Below are positions 1 through 10,266 of a DNA stretch of 64,000 nt, piece by piece; the first letter of the stretch is position 1; every line of letters begins with the position of its first letter. The notes under the pieces are model-generated. The model was not told where the DNA came from and searched no databases. It saw only the letters and a list, made by a program, of their open reading frames with translations. The DNA is from a virus (lineage: Duplodnaviria; Caudoviricetes), in IMG/VR virus record IMGVR_UViG_3300021426_000068, positions 32,001 to 96,000 of that record, one strand, 5' to 3'. The position numbers and the translations under genes are program-made.

Positions 1-135
1 TAGTTCAACTGGTAACATGCTATAATTTTTATTTTTCTTTACAAAAATACAAAATTTCTTTTGTTTTGCCAAACAATTCTTATAAAATCTTGACTTTTTA
101 TAGATTTTATACTATTTATATTAAAAAGATTTATT

Positions 136-1275
136 ATGGCTAAAAAAATGACACAACAAGAATTTATTGAACGTGCAAAAGAAATACATGGGGATAAATA
201 TGATTATTCAAAAGTTGAATATAAAAATTCTTCAACTAAAGTGTGTATCATTTGTCCTGAGCATGGAGAATTTTGGCAAGTTCCAAATTCTCATTTAAAC
301 GGTAACGGATGTCGAAAGTGTAAATATGATGAATACAAAGAAAAACGTTCAAAAACGTTTGAAGAATTTGTTAATCAAGCAAAAGAAGTACACGGTGATA
401 AATATGATTATTCTAAAGTTGAATATAAAAACAATCATACTAAAGTGTGTATTATTTGTCCTGAGCATGGAGAATTTTGGCAAACACCAAAAAATCATTT
501 AAATAGTCAAGGTTGTATGAAATGTAAATTAAAAGAGCAAGGGAAACGATTAAAATATACAACAGAAAAGTTTATAGAAAAAGCGAAACAAGTACATGGA
601 GATATATATGATTATTCTAAAGTTAACTATGTTGATAGTCACACTAAAGTGTGTATTATCTGTCCTGAACATGGAGAATTTTGGCAAAAACCTGATAATC
701 ATTTAAATGGATGGGGTTGTAAAAAATGTGGTTTAAAAAAAAGTAGCGAAAAACAAACATTAACAACGGAAGATTTTATTAAACGTGCAAAAGAAATACA
801 TGGGGATAAATATGATTATAGTAAGGTAAACTATATTGATACTAAAACCAAAGTATGTATTATTTGCCATAAACATGGTGAATTTTGGCAAACACCTAAT
901 AATCATTTACATGGATATGGATGTAAAAAATGTTTTGAAAGTCATATGGAACGAGATGTTGCAAAAGTTTTAAACGAAAATAATATAAAGTTTGAACAGG
1001 AAAAAACATTTGATTGGTTGAAATATGAAAACAATTTATATTTAGATTTTTATTTACCTGAATATGATGTAGCCATAGAATGTCAAGGTGAACAACATTT
1101 TCAACCAGTTGATTTTTCGGGAAAAAATTATGAATTAGCAAAAAAACAATTTTTATTAATTCAAAATAGAGATAAAATTAAAAAAACATTATGTGAAAAA
1201 AATGGTATAAAACTTTTATATTATATAAGCAATGAAGATTACAATACAATAATAAAAAAGATAAGAGACAGTTAA
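136..1275 (+). CDS. Free-standing homing-type endonuclease: 4 tandem DUF723-like Zn repeats plus C-terminal Vsr/PD-(D/E)XK-like nuclease
   Basis: Four repeats of HGDKYDYSKVxY..KVCIICPEHGEFWQxPxxHLxGxGCxKC; C-terminal LDFYLPEYDVAIECQGEQH. Confidence 0.8.
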   Translation: MAKKMTQQEFIERAKEIHGDKYDYSKVEYKNSSTKVCIICPEHGEFWQVPNSHLNGNGCRKCKYDEYKEKRSKTFEEFVNQAKEVHGDKYDYSKVEYKNNHTKVCIICPEHGEFWQTPKNHLNSQGCMKCKLKEQGKRLKYTTEKFIEKAKQVHGDIYDYSKVNYVDSHTKVCIICPEHGEFWQKPDNHLNGWGCKKCGLKKSSEKQTLTTEDFIKRAKEIHGDKYDYSKVNYIDTKTKVCIICHKHGEFWQTPNNHLHGYGCKKCFESHMERDVAKVLNENNIKFEQEKTFDWLKYENNLYLDFYLPEYDVAIECQGEQHFQPVDFSGKNYELAKKQFLLIQNRDKIKKTLCEKNGIKLLYYISNEDYNTIIKKIRDS

Positions 1276-1284
1276 CTGTCTCTT
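1263..1284. terminator. Bidirectional intrinsic terminator
   Basis: Palindrome AAGAGACAGTTAACTGTCTCTT between convergent genes. Confidence 0.7.
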
Positions 1285-1801
1285 ATTCTTTATCTAACAT
1301 ATTTTTTAACATTTCTAAATCTTTAGATTCTTCAAACCAGGCATTACGCCAATTAACATAAAATCCGTAAAGTTTTGTTAATGTTTTCATGTTTTCATTT
1401 GTTAAAATTAAACCATCGCACCAAAGAAAACAACCTTCACCTGTACTAGTCCTTAATTTAAACTGAAATTTTAAATTATTAAGTCTTGGAATTGTACCAC
1501 TAAATATAAGATTATTTTCTGAAGGAAGATAAATTAAAGGTGATTCGGAAACTTTATCACCTGGTTTTGAAAATTGTGCACCACTATCAACAGAACTTCT
1601 AAATTGTTCTATTTGGCTTGAAAGAACACTCTGTCCAAATTTAGGGTCATCAGTAATTGCTATAGCATCTTCTTTTCCAGACTGACTATCTTCAGTAAGT
1701 AAAGATTTGCTATTTTCGGAATTTGAACTTTCTTTAATTGTACGTATTTTATTAAGTATATCCCTAATATCATCGTACTGTTTAGTCTGATTAGGTTTCA
1801 T
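1283..1801 (-). CDS. Hypothetical phage protein, possibly virion-associated
   Basis: Intact ORF (ATG 1801; track starts at TTG 1813); LLTE possible processing motif. Confidence 0.6.
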   Translation of the reverse strand: MKPNQTKQYDDIRDILNKIRTIKESSNSENSKSLLTEDSQSGKEDAIAITDDPKFGQSVLSSQIEQFRSSVDSGAQFSKPGDKVSESPLIYLPSENNLIFSGTIPRLNNLKFQFKLRTSTGEGCFLWCDGLILTNENMKTLTKLYGFYVNWRNAWFEESKDLEMLKNMLDKE

Positions 1802-1813
1802 TTTAATAAACAA

Positions 1814-2302
1814 TTATCCCATTATTCCATTCCAATAGTTAGTTTTTGGTCTATTAGAATGTTTTATTATTTTTTCAATTTTTTGCTGTTCGTTTTGTGC
1901 TTTTCTAATTTCTTCATTTATTAATTTTTCAGCATCTTCTTTTGTATTAACTGATTCAAACTTTTCATTAAATGATTTAACTGATTCTTCAAAATTATCA
2001 TTAATCTCATTAATTTCTTTAATTAAATCATTAGTTTTTTCAATTGTTTCTTTTGTTATTTCTTCGTTAATAGTATCATCTTCATATGTTTCTATTGAAG
2101 CATCAACACCTGAAATACTATTTATGGCATCTTCTAATGTAACTTCATTATTATTTGTTAATGAAACTGAATCTTCAACAATATCAAGATTTTCGTCAAG
2201 TTTAACGGTTTTATTTTTTTCTTCGATTACATTTTCTTTAACAGTTTTAGAAGATTTAACTTTTTCTTTTTCGATTTTCTTATTGTTTTTCTTTGTATTC
2301 AT
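1814..2302 (-). CDS. Hypothetical acidic coiled-coil protein
   Basis: Intact ORF preceded by ACTATTTATA motif (2331-2340, minus). Confidence 0.6.
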   Translation of the reverse strand: MNTKKNNKKIEKEKVKSSKTVKENVIEEKNKTVKLDENLDIVEDSVSLTNNNEVTLEDAINSISGVDASIETYEDDTINEEITKETIEKTNDLIKEINEINDNFEESVKSFNEKFESVNTKEDAEKLINEEIRKAQNEQQKIEKIIKHSNRPKTNYWNGIMG

Positions 2303-2325
2303 ATTTCTTTATATTTCTTCTTTAA

Positions 2326-3021
2326 TTATTTATAAATAGTTCCATTTAAGTTAAAAGATAACGCAGCACTTCTCATTTTCTTAAAACTATTTTCATTGAT
2401 TTGTCTTATACGTTCTTTAGATATTCCTAATTCTTTTCCAATTTCTTCTAATGTTTTTGGTTCTTCACCGTTTAATCCATAATATTGTGAAATTATAGTA
2501 CGTTCCTTATTAGATAAAAAGTTCATTAAAGAACCTATTTTTTGCTTAATATCTATTTCATCTGCACTATCATTTTCATATGGTATATCTAAATTGTCTT
2601 GACTATTGTCATCATCAATTTCATCTTTTTCATTATAAGTTGGTAAATCTTCAGCATCTATTGAATTTCTTTTTTCTATTGCTTCTTTAATTGTTTGTTT
2701 AATCCACCATACAGAGTAACTTATAATTTTAAATCCTTTATCACCATCAAAATTATCTAAAGCCTTTATTAAACCTAAATTACCTTCTGATATTAAATCG
2801 GAATATGACAACCCTCTACCTTGATAATTTTTTGCTATGTTAGCAACAAATTTAAGGTTTGATGAAACAAGTTTGTTTCTTGCTTCTATATCATTATCAT
2901 ATTTATATTTATACCATAAATCATATTCTTCTTCACGAGATAATGGTTTACACTCACTAATATCATTAAAATATTTTTCAATATTAGTATCGTATTCAAC
3001 GATATTTCTATTACGTTTCAT
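2326..3021 (-). CDS. Phage sigma-70 family RNA polymerase sigma factor
   Basis: Region 2 DLISEGNLGLIKALDNFD..GFKIISYSVWWIKQ; region 4 TLEEIGKELGISKERIRQI. Confidence 0.92.
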   Translation of the reverse strand: MKRNRNIVEYDTNIEKYFNDISECKPLSREEEYDLWYKYKYDNDIEARNKLVSSNLKFVANIAKNYQGRGLSYSDLISEGNLGLIKALDNFDGDKGFKIISYSVWWIKQTIKEAIEKRNSIDAEDLPTYNEKDEIDDDNSQDNLDIPYENDSADEIDIKQKIGSLMNFLSNKERTIISQYYGLNGEEPKTLEEIGKELGISKERIRQINENSFKKMRSAALSFNLNGTIYK

Positions 3022-3819
3022 TTAATCTATGTTTTCATTTTCTTTATTTTTTGTAGCAATTTCAGAAATTCTGTCATTACTAAGTTTAACATATTCACTA
3101 ACTTTATCTATACCAATAAAATTTCTTTTTAACTTTATTGCAGCAATACCTGTTGTACCGCTTCCACAAAATGGGTCAAGTACTAAATCACCTTCATTAG
3201 ACCAAGATAAAATGTGGTTGTATGCAAGTTTTTCAGGAAAAACAGCAGGATGTTCAGTTGTATTTTTTGCAACAGCAATTTTCCATATATTACCCTTAAC
3301 TTTTTCTTTATTAATATTAAAGGTTTTATGTGTTCTACCATTTTCGCCACCAATGTTTTTACATGTTGAATCATATGTTTTTCCAGCACATTTACACTCT
3401 TCCATTATAGGATTAAATGTTTTTGGTGTTCCTTTTGAAAAAACAAACATATATTCAAAAGTTTGGTTATATCTAGGTTGTTTAACTTGTGGAAGTGGAT
3501 TGGCTTTTTCAAAAATCATTGTATCATTTAATTTAAAACCTGCTTCCATAAAAGCAAGAGCATGTCTAAACGAAGTACCTGTTTCACTTCCATTTTTAGT
3601 TTTATCACCTACAATCCAAACAACAATTCCACCTGGTCGTGTTATAATAAATAGTTGTTGTATAATTTCTTTACATATATCAAGATTCCATTCAAGACTA
3701 TCTTTATATGTTCTCATATCATCATAAGGTGGGCTAGTAACAGTTAAGTCTACTTGTACACCTTCTTCTATAAGTTCTTTTAATTTTATTCTACTATCAC
3801 CTTCTAATACTTTAAACAT
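3022..3819 (-). CDS. Beta-class N4-cytosine/N6-adenine DNA methyltransferase
   Basis: Catalytic TSPPY precedes HPAVFP and SAM-binding LDPFCGSGTT. Confidence 0.92.
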   Translation of the reverse strand: MFKVLEGDSRIKLKELIEEGVQVDLTVTSPPYDDMRTYKDSLEWNLDICKEIIQQLFIITRPGGIVVWIVGDKTKNGSETGTSFRHALAFMEAGFKLNDTMIFEKANPLPQVKQPRYNQTFEYMFVFSKGTPKTFNPIMEECKCAGKTYDSTCKNIGGENGRTHKTFNINKEKVKGNIWKIAVAKNTTEHPAVFPEKLAYNHILSWSNEGDLVLDPFCGSGTTGIAAIKLKRNFIGIDKVSEYVKLSNDRISEIATKNKENENID

Positions 3820-6209
3820 TATAAAACAGATTTTATTGAACTTATATTATTTTCTTTTTTAATTGTGATAACTTGTGAATGCCAGTCAAGAATGTCATTA
3901 AGGTGAGTAATATGTAAAACAAAACTAAAATAAGGTATTATTTTATCATATAACTTTTTAACAGCATCATAATTTTCTTTAGCAACACCGCCTAAAATTT
4001 CATCAAGAAGAATAAATGGTGGTCTACTAAGCATAGACATATTTCCTAAAACGACACGAAGAGCAAGTGAAGCAACAGTTCTTTCAAATCCAGAAGCAGC
4101 GTTAAGTTTACATTTAGCACCATCACGTTCCATAATAAAATCAACTTCATTCTTATCATTCATAATAACTTCAACTGTAAAGTCTGCGACATCATTAAGT
4201 AAGTTATCCATTTGCGCATTTATAATTGGTAAAGTATTTCTTAATACTATTTTTGAAATACCATCTTTACCAATTAGTCTAAGATAAAGTTTCCAATCTT
4301 TTTCAATCTTTTCTTCATTATTAATTTTAACAATAATAGATTCTTTTTCTGTTATATTTTTTTTATTGGTTTCTGTATCTTTTTCTAATGAAACAATTTC
4401 ACTATTTAAACGATTTTTAATATTATCTTCAGTCTTAACTGTTTCTTTTAATGTATTAATTTTTGCATCAATATCACTATTAGTTTTAATTGCTTCTTTG
4501 TTATCATTAAATTTTTTAATTATTTCTTTGGTTTCTTTAAGTTCAAGACGAAGATTAACAATTTTAGTTTCCAATGCAGAAATTTTAAGTTCTAATTGAT
4601 TTTTTGTCTTATAATTTTCTTTCTTAACTTCAATTTTTTCTATTTTAGAAATAACTTCTTCCTTTTCAGTGTTAAGTTTTATACCTTCATCAATTAGTTC
4701 TTTTATTTTTGTCTTATTTTCTTCTATATGTTTAGTATTATCAATACCATCAAATCTTTTTCCACAAGTAGGACAAAATTCACTTGTTTTAAGTTGTTTA
4801 TTACTATTTTTAAGATTTTCAATATTTGTTTTTATTTTGGAAATATTATATATTAATGTTTCTTTTTTTGAAACAAGTGTTTTATAATCTTCTTCAGAAT
4901 ATTCATAATCAGTAATTTTGTTAACTTGTTTTTCTAAATTAGCCTTTAATGCACTGTTTTCTTTTCCTGTTTTTATAATGTTTTCTATTTTGGTTTCAAG
5001 AGTAGTAACATTAATATTAGGATTAACACTATTATCTATTTGTTTCTTTTCTGATGCATAACGTGTAATATCATTGTTATATCTATCAATATTTTTTTCA
5101 CATTCTGTGACTTTTTTCTTTTTTTCTTCAATTTCTTCATTATTGGATTTATTTTTTTCTTTTAATGAAGAAATTTCACTATTAAGCGTTTCTCTATTAT
5201 ATATATCACAATATCTACCAACAGAAATCTTTTTATTCCATGTTTCTCTAGCAATAGTATTCTTATCTTCAAGACATGACAAACCAATCCAACGTGAAAG
5301 AAGTCTTCCCCTATCAGTTTTTTTAAGGGAAATTAATTCATCAAGGTCTTTCATGTTAGCTGAAATAATAAGGTCAAAGTCGTTTTCATCACCTATTGCT
5401 TCTTTTATAACTTTATTAGTTGCAGTAGAAGATGCTTCTTGCAGATTATCAACATCAACAAGTTCTTCTTGTTCACCGACTTCGTTAATCTTATAATACT
5501 CTATCTTTTGTGTGGCACTTCTAAGTTCCTTTTTAGATTTTCCAGCTCTTTTAAGTGTTCTTTTAATTATATAGTCAGTACCATCAATATTAATACAACC
5601 TTCTACCTTTAATTCAGTTTCGTTTTGTAAATGTATATTAAATAATTGTCCTAACTCATCATCTGCTTTTCCTGAATGTGTCTTTCCAAAGAAAAGAAAA
5701 TGAAGTAAGTCATATGCAAAAGTTGACTTTCCACTTTTATTTGCAGGTTCACCATTAAGTAATACTAAACCATGTAATTGTGTAAAGTCAAAATGATTAT
5801 TTTTTCCATAAGATAAAAAATTATCCCAATCTAACCATTTAATAGTATAACGTTTTCCTTTTTCATATTTATCGAAATTAATTTGATTATTTATCATTGA
5901 GTCAATAGAAACAATAGCATCCCAATCATAATCTTTAATTTCGTTTTCAGTAATATATTGTTTATATAATTTATGGTGAAAATTAACGTCAGTTATGTCT
6001 TTTATGTTTTCAGCGTTTAATGCTGTATCACCATTTGCTGATAACTTTTTAAAATTTTTTTCTATTGTTATATTAGAAGGGGAAATTCCATATTTTTCGC
6101 CAAATAATGCTTTTATGTTTTTTTCTTTTTCTTTAGTATAATCAATAGGTGAAAGATTCCATTTTATTTTAACTTTACCATTTTTTCCTATTTCTATTTT
6201 CTTCTCCAT
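3819..6209 (-). CDS. SbcC/Rad50/gp46-like recombination ATPase
   Basis: NFLSYG, Walker A NKSGKST, coiled coil with CPTCG zinc hook, signature ASGFE, Walker B ILLDE, ITH. Confidence 0.92.
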   Translation of the reverse strand: MEKKIEIGKNGKVKIKWNLSPIDYTKEKEKNIKALFGEKYGISPSNITIEKNFKKLSANGDTALNAENIKDITDVNFHHKLYKQYITENEIKDYDWDAIVSIDSMINNQINFDKYEKGKRYTIKWLDWDNFLSYGKNNHFDFTQLHGLVLLNGEPANKSGKSTFAYDLLHFLFFGKTHSGKADDELGQLFNIHLQNETELKVEGCINIDGTDYIIKRTLKRAGKSKKELRSATQKIEYYKINEVGEQEELVDVDNLQEASSTATNKVIKEAIGDENDFDLIISANMKDLDELISLKKTDRGRLLSRWIGLSCLEDKNTIARETWNKKISVGRYCDIYNRETLNSEISSLKEKNKSNNEEIEEKKKKVTECEKNIDRYNNDITRYASEKKQIDNSVNPNINVTTLETKIENIIKTGKENSALKANLEKQVNKITDYEYSEEDYKTLVSKKETLIYNISKIKTNIENLKNSNKQLKTSEFCPTCGKRFDGIDNTKHIEENKTKIKELIDEGIKLNTEKEEVISKIEKIEVKKENYKTKNQLELKISALETKIVNLRLELKETKEIIKKFNDNKEAIKTNSDIDAKINTLKETVKTEDNIKNRLNSEIVSLEKDTETNKKNITEKESIIVKINNEEKIEKDWKLYLRLIGKDGISKIVLRNTLPIINAQMDNLLNDVADFTVEVIMNDKNEVDFIMERDGAKCKLNAASGFERTVASLALRVVLGNMSMLSRPPFILLDEILGGVAKENYDAVKKLYDKIIPYFSFVLHITHLNDILDWHSQVITIKKENNISSIKSVL

Positions 6210-6375
6210 AAACTTCTTCTTTGATAATATTTTTTATCTGTTTTTTAAGTAAAGACTTTATTGTTTTTTTATTTTTCTTTTTTAACCTTCTAAAGTGATT
6301 ATTATGAATATCAGGCAAATCAAATTCCCAAATATTTTCATTTTTTCTAAACAATGATTTTAAACTTGTTTTCAT
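6175..6375 (-). CDS. Small basic hypothetical protein
   Basis: Fills gap between co-oriented genes, overlapping both. Confidence 0.45.
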   Translation of the reverse strand: MKTSLKSLFRKNENIWEFDLPDIHNNHFRRLKKKNKKTIKSLLKKQIKNIIKEEVYGEENRNRKKW

Positions 6376-6821
6376 AAAACCCAACCAGAATTGTTAGAAA
6401 TTAAAATATCTTTATCTTTGTATTTAAGATATACTTTATTATTTTTAGTAAATACATTACAGATATGTGTCATACCCATTTTACATGTTGTATTATTTCT
6501 CCATCCAACAAGGGCTTTGTTTTTTCCATAAAAATCAATAATACATAATGTTTTATCAACACCTTTTTTAGTTAACTTTTTTTCTAATAATCCTTCTTTT
6601 TTCCATGAATTATAAGTTTTTAAATTAATATTAAGAAAATCTTTAAAGATTGGATTTTTTATTATCCATTCTTCTTGTCTTTTTTTCCATTCTTCATATG
6701 TCTCTTCTCTATATTTATTATAACCACTAGTATTTTTGCCATTATAGTTTAAAATGTATTTTATAGGTACATTAAAATATAATGAGTCTACTTCTCTATT
6801 TTTGTTAAATTTTTTACTCAT
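6372..6821 (-). CDS. Hypothetical protein
   Basis: Intact ORF coupled to neighbours. Confidence 0.6.
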   Translation of the reverse strand: MSKKFNKNREVDSLYFNVPIKYILNYNGKNTSGYNKYREETYEEWKKRQEEWIIKNPIFKDFLNINLKTYNSWKKEGLLEKKLTKKGVDKTLCIIDFYGKNKALVGWRNNTTCKMGMTHICNVFTKNNKVYLKYKDKDILISNNSGWVL

Positions 6822-7291
6822 TTTAATTTTCTTTTTTTAGGCTTTTGAATAACAGTTTCTTGGAATTTATCAGTATCATCATAAACAATGTTTTCATTTA
6901 TATGACCAGGATGTGAAAAAACTTTAACATTTTCAATCTCGTCTTTTGACGTATCTTCGTTCCTATATTTTTCATCAAGTTCTCCGTTTTCGTTCATAAT
7001 CCCAGCAGATTTTAAAAATTGTGATGCTGTTTCTTTATTTTGTGTTACATCTTTAACAACAGATTTTAGAGTTTCTATTTCTTTAGAATTACTAAAAGGA
7101 GATTCGCCATATTTTTCTATCAAAAATTGTTTGTTTAACAATTCATTAACGAAAGGTGTGACTTTAATACCATTAAAGTCACAATATTCTTTTATTTTTT
7201 CATAGAGTGGATTGTAAATTAAAACTAAATGTTTATTTTGCAATTCTTTAATTTGTGTATCTATAATAGAAATAGATTCTTTATTTTTCAT
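6818..7291 (-). CDS. Hypothetical protein
   Basis: ATG at 7291 just downstream of TATTTTTG box at 7311-7318 (minus). Confidence 0.6.
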   Translation of the reverse strand: MKNKESISIIDTQIKELQNKHLVLIYNPLYEKIKEYCDFNGIKVTPFVNELLNKQFLIEKYGESPFSNSKEIETLKSVVKDVTQNKETASQFLKSAGIMNENGELDEKYRNEDTSKDEIENVKVFSHPGHINENIVYDDTDKFQETVIQKPKKRKLK

Positions 7292-7403
7292 AACGTAAAT
7301 ATAGTTTTTACAAAAATACAAAAAATAAAATTAATAAACAAAAAATACTGGATTTTATTTACAATTTTAATTTCAAATAATATATTTATTAAAAATATTT
7401 AAA

Positions 7404-8192
7404 ATGGAAAATAGAATAATTTTAGGATTAGATGTAAGTACTAAATGTATTGGTATTAGTATTATTGAAGATAATGGAGAAGGAATACCAAAAATTATTG
7501 CAATAACTCATAAGAAACCAAAATTACCAAAAGGTGTTGAAGATGATTTTGAAGGACTTTGTATAAAAAAACAAATTTTTGAGGATGAATTTTTAAAAAA
7601 AATTAATGAATATACAGGTAATAAAAAAATTACTGATGTAGTAATTGAAGAAGCTCTTTTAACTTCTAAAAATGCATATACTGTTGCTACATTATTAAGA
7701 TTTAATGGTATGATTGGTAACTCTGTATATGAAGTATTAGGAATCACACCTAAATTTATATCTTCATATGATGCCAGGTTATATTCATTCCCAACATTAG
7801 CATCAATTAGAAAATACAAGAAAAATGGAGAAGAATATCCATTAAAACATGTTTTAGATGCAATAAAAAAAGATAACATAGTATTGTTTGGTTCATATCC
7901 TTTTGATATTGATAAAAAAACTGTAATGTTAAATATGGTTAATGAAATGTATAAAGGAGAAAATTCAATTCCTTGGGAATTGAATAAGAAAGGTGAATTG
8001 AAAAAAGAAAATTATGATGCATGTGATTCACTTGTTTGTGCTCTTGCACACAGTAATTTAATGAGATATGGAATAGATAAACCAACTATTATTGATAGTA
8101 AAGTAATAGAAAACGAAAAAACAATTACAATTAATTATACAACTAGTGTTTGGAATAATAAAATAGAAAAGAAAATTATTTTACAAAAATAA
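7404..8192 (+). CDS. RuvC-like Holliday junction resolvase (RNase H fold)
   Basis: ILGLDVSTKCIG, VVIEE, C-terminal YDACDSLVCA acidic triad. Confidence 0.8.
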   Translation: MENRIILGLDVSTKCIGISIIEDNGEGIPKIIAITHKKPKLPKGVEDDFEGLCIKKQIFEDEFLKKINEYTGNKKITDVVIEEALLTSKNAYTVATLLRFNGMIGNSVYEVLGITPKFISSYDARLYSFPTLASIRKYKKNGEEYPLKHVLDAIKKDNIVLFGSYPFDIDKKTVMLNMVNEMYKGENSIPWELNKKGELKKENYDACDSLVCALAHSNLMRYGIDKPTIIDSKVIENEKTITINYTTSVWNNKIEKKIILQK

Positions 8193-8250
8193 CAAAACCA
8201 TAATGTTTAACTATTTATATAAAAATAATAGTTAAATAAAAATAAATATT

Positions 8251-9018
8251 ATGTATTTAAATGACCCTCGTGAAAATACTATTGATTTAGATAAACATGC
8301 AATATGGGAAAGTGATAATAGAATAGAAAAAAGATATATTTGGAATGGTTTGATTACTGATTTATGTGACTTACCAATTGAAGAATATATGAAAAACCCA
8401 ATTATTGAAGCTATTAAATCTTCAGGTTCAGATTCAGGCTCTTCACAAGCCATTGAAGAACTTAATGAAACTGTAAAAGATTTAAGAGATAAAGTATTAA
8501 ATAGTATGGAAGAAGATACTAATGAAATTGTTAGTGCTATTACTGATAATGCTAATTCAATCATACAAATACTTAGTGGTGGTACATATGAACAAATTTT
8601 ATTCTTTTATACATCTGTCAATAATCAAATACCATATTCTAATATTAAAAAAGAAATGTTTTTTTCAGGTGTAATCAATATTAATAGTGAAGGTTTTATT
8701 ACCTATATGTTAGGTGACCCATCTGAAGAAGATTGGAACTTATATAGTTCAGGAACAATAACTGAATCAGAATTAGTTGATAGAAGTAATAATGATTACT
8801 ATTTAGTTGTACCTAAAAAATATGGTATAACTAAAAATTTTGTTATTATGGAAGAAGGAAGTTCAGACGTTACAAATTCATTTGTGGAAGTATCTGAATT
8901 AAGTAATTTGTTTGAAGGATATATTGTTTTTAAATCACATGATAAAGACCATTTTAATATTGACTTTCCTTCAGAAAAAAATATTAAAATAATTCATAAA
9001 ATAAAATTTTTTAACTAA
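8251..9018 (+). CDS. Putative virion structural/fibre-associated protein
   Basis: Preceded by ACTATTTATA (8210-8219); first gene of a 3-gene unit ending in a CLec-fold protein. Confidence 0.55.
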   Translation: MYLNDPRENTIDLDKHAIWESDNRIEKRYIWNGLITDLCDLPIEEYMKNPIIEAIKSSGSDSGSSQAIEELNETVKDLRDKVLNSMEEDTNEIVSAITDNANSIIQILSGGTYEQILFFYTSVNNQIPYSNIKKEMFFSGVININSEGFITYMLGDPSEEDWNLYSSGTITESELVDRSNNDYYLVVPKKYGITKNFVIMEEGSSDVTNSFVEVSELSNLFEGYIVFKSHDKDHFNIDFPSEKNIKIIHKIKFFN

Positions 9019-9019
9019 A

Positions 9020-9265
9020 ATGGTAACAAATAGTGAAGACATAAAAAAGTTTTCTTCGCAATTTCAGTATAATGGTGACGGACCACTTGATGCAAAACAA
9101 AATCCAGTTGAAACTGTAGCAGAACTTCCAACACCATTAAAAGCTTATGAAGGACAAACATTAACAGTACTTACTCCTGATGAAAATAATATTATTTGGG
9201 ATTATCAATTTATAAATGGTGAATGGAAAAGAAAAAATAAAAATATAGATTGTGGAGAATTTTAG
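9020..9265 (+). CDS. Small fibre-associated protein
   Basis: GPLDAK..AYEGQ motif and IDCGEF C-terminus resemble phage fibre modules. Confidence 0.5.
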   Translation: MVTNSEDIKKFSSQFQYNGDGPLDAKQNPVETVAELPTPLKAYEGQTLTVLTPDENNIIWDYQFINGEWKRKNKNIDCGEF

Positions 9266-9267
9266 AT

Positions 9268-10233
9268 ATGGAATTAAAATATTTTAAAGAATTTAATACT
9301 AAATCCGACTATGATACTTACATTAATGGTGACCCAATTTTACCTAATGTAAGTTTTGTTAATCAGGATGTCTATTATGAAGATGGTAATACACCACCAC
9401 CTATTATTAGTGCTGGGATGATATGTTATCATGATGGCAGTAGTTTCAAGTTTTGTACCAGTGATGAATGGAGTGCTTCACTTGGTGAAGTACAGGGAGT
9501 AGTTGTAGTTCCTTCAAATCATACAATTGATGGAACAGCAAGAATAATGTGTATTGATGGTGTTAATACTGACGGTTCACATGGTGATGATGGTGAACAA
9601 GAAATGGAATGGGGACCAAGAAATATAGACATATGGCTTCGTAATTTAAATCAAGTACCAACATGGGATAATACAATAGGTGGTGCTATTGGTAATAATG
9701 TTTATGGTCGTTTACCTTCAACAAGTAAAGATGGTGACTTTACTGGAGCAACATGTGCCACTGACAGTATTGCTAAGTATGCAGGTTTTACACCATATAT
9801 TCCTAGTCCATATTTAGAAGATGGTAGTCTTAACTCTGATTATATTAATACGGTTAAAGTTCCTAATAATGCATTAAGTGATTTCAACGGTAAATATAAC
9901 ACATCAGTATTGGTTGGATTAGGGACAGCATATACTGCTGCTAATGCATGTCATCAGTACGGAACGACCGCTTTACCAGCTGGTAATTGGTATTTACCTG
10001 CAATGGGTGAACTTGGTTATATAATTTCAAGATATAATGAAATTAATACCGCTTTAGTTGCTTTAAAAGGATATGGTGGCACTGAGTTGTATGGCCAGCG
10101 TACATATTGGAGTTCTACTGAGTACAGTGATTTCGGTGCTCTTGCAGTGGAAACTTTTGTAGGTGATGTTAAATATATGTATAAATATTCCGAGTATTAT
10201 GTTCGTGCCTTTGCCTCTGTTCCTGTTGAATAA
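9268..10233 (+). CDS. Adhesin/receptor-binding protein with C-terminal DUF1566/Lcl-like C-type-lectin fold (DGR-target-like)
   Basis: WYLPAMGEL ... YWSSTEY ... YVRAF; ATG at 9268; N-terminus shared with 28351-30174 protein. Confidence 0.75.
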   Translation: MELKYFKEFNTKSDYDTYINGDPILPNVSFVNQDVYYEDGNTPPPIISAGMICYHDGSSFKFCTSDEWSASLGEVQGVVVVPSNHTIDGTARIMCIDGVNTDGSHGDDGEQEMEWGPRNIDIWLRNLNQVPTWDNTIGGAIGNNVYGRLPSTSKDGDFTGATCATDSIAKYAGFTPYIPSPYLEDGSLNSDYINTVKVPNNALSDFNGKYNTSVLVGLGTAYTAANACHQYGTTALPAGNWYLPAMGELGYIISRYNEINTALVALKGYGGTELYGQRTYWSSTEYSDFGALAVETFVGDVKYMYKYSEYYVRAFASVPVE

Positions 10234-10234
10234 T

Positions 10235-10266
10235 AAAAAAGGTAACAAGTTATTGTTACCTTTTTT
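10235..10266. terminator. Bidirectional intrinsic terminator
   Basis: AAAAAAGGTAACAA-GTTA-TTGTTACCTTTTTT. Confidence 0.8.

Noticed and set aside
1-18. Gene start MLPVEL on the minus strand running off the window
   Set aside because: Plausible (promoter at 42-73) but only six codons are visible, so no product can be called
3029-3727. 232-aa antisense ORF, and similar shadow ORFs at 5074, 19720, 51391, 56724, 63631
   Set aside because: They lie opposite well-supported genes or the intron and have S/L/F/I-rich composition typical of reverse-frame artefacts
3022-8192. Restriction-modification system, or Cas12/TnpB identity for the RuvC-like gene
   Set aside because: No cognate restriction enzyme next to the methyltransferase; the RuvC protein is short, lacks a Zn finger and has no adjacent ncRNA or array
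9268-10266. Complete diversity-generating retroelement
   Set aside because: No reverse transcriptase, accessory gene or template repeat seen in the window; only a target-like gene is reported
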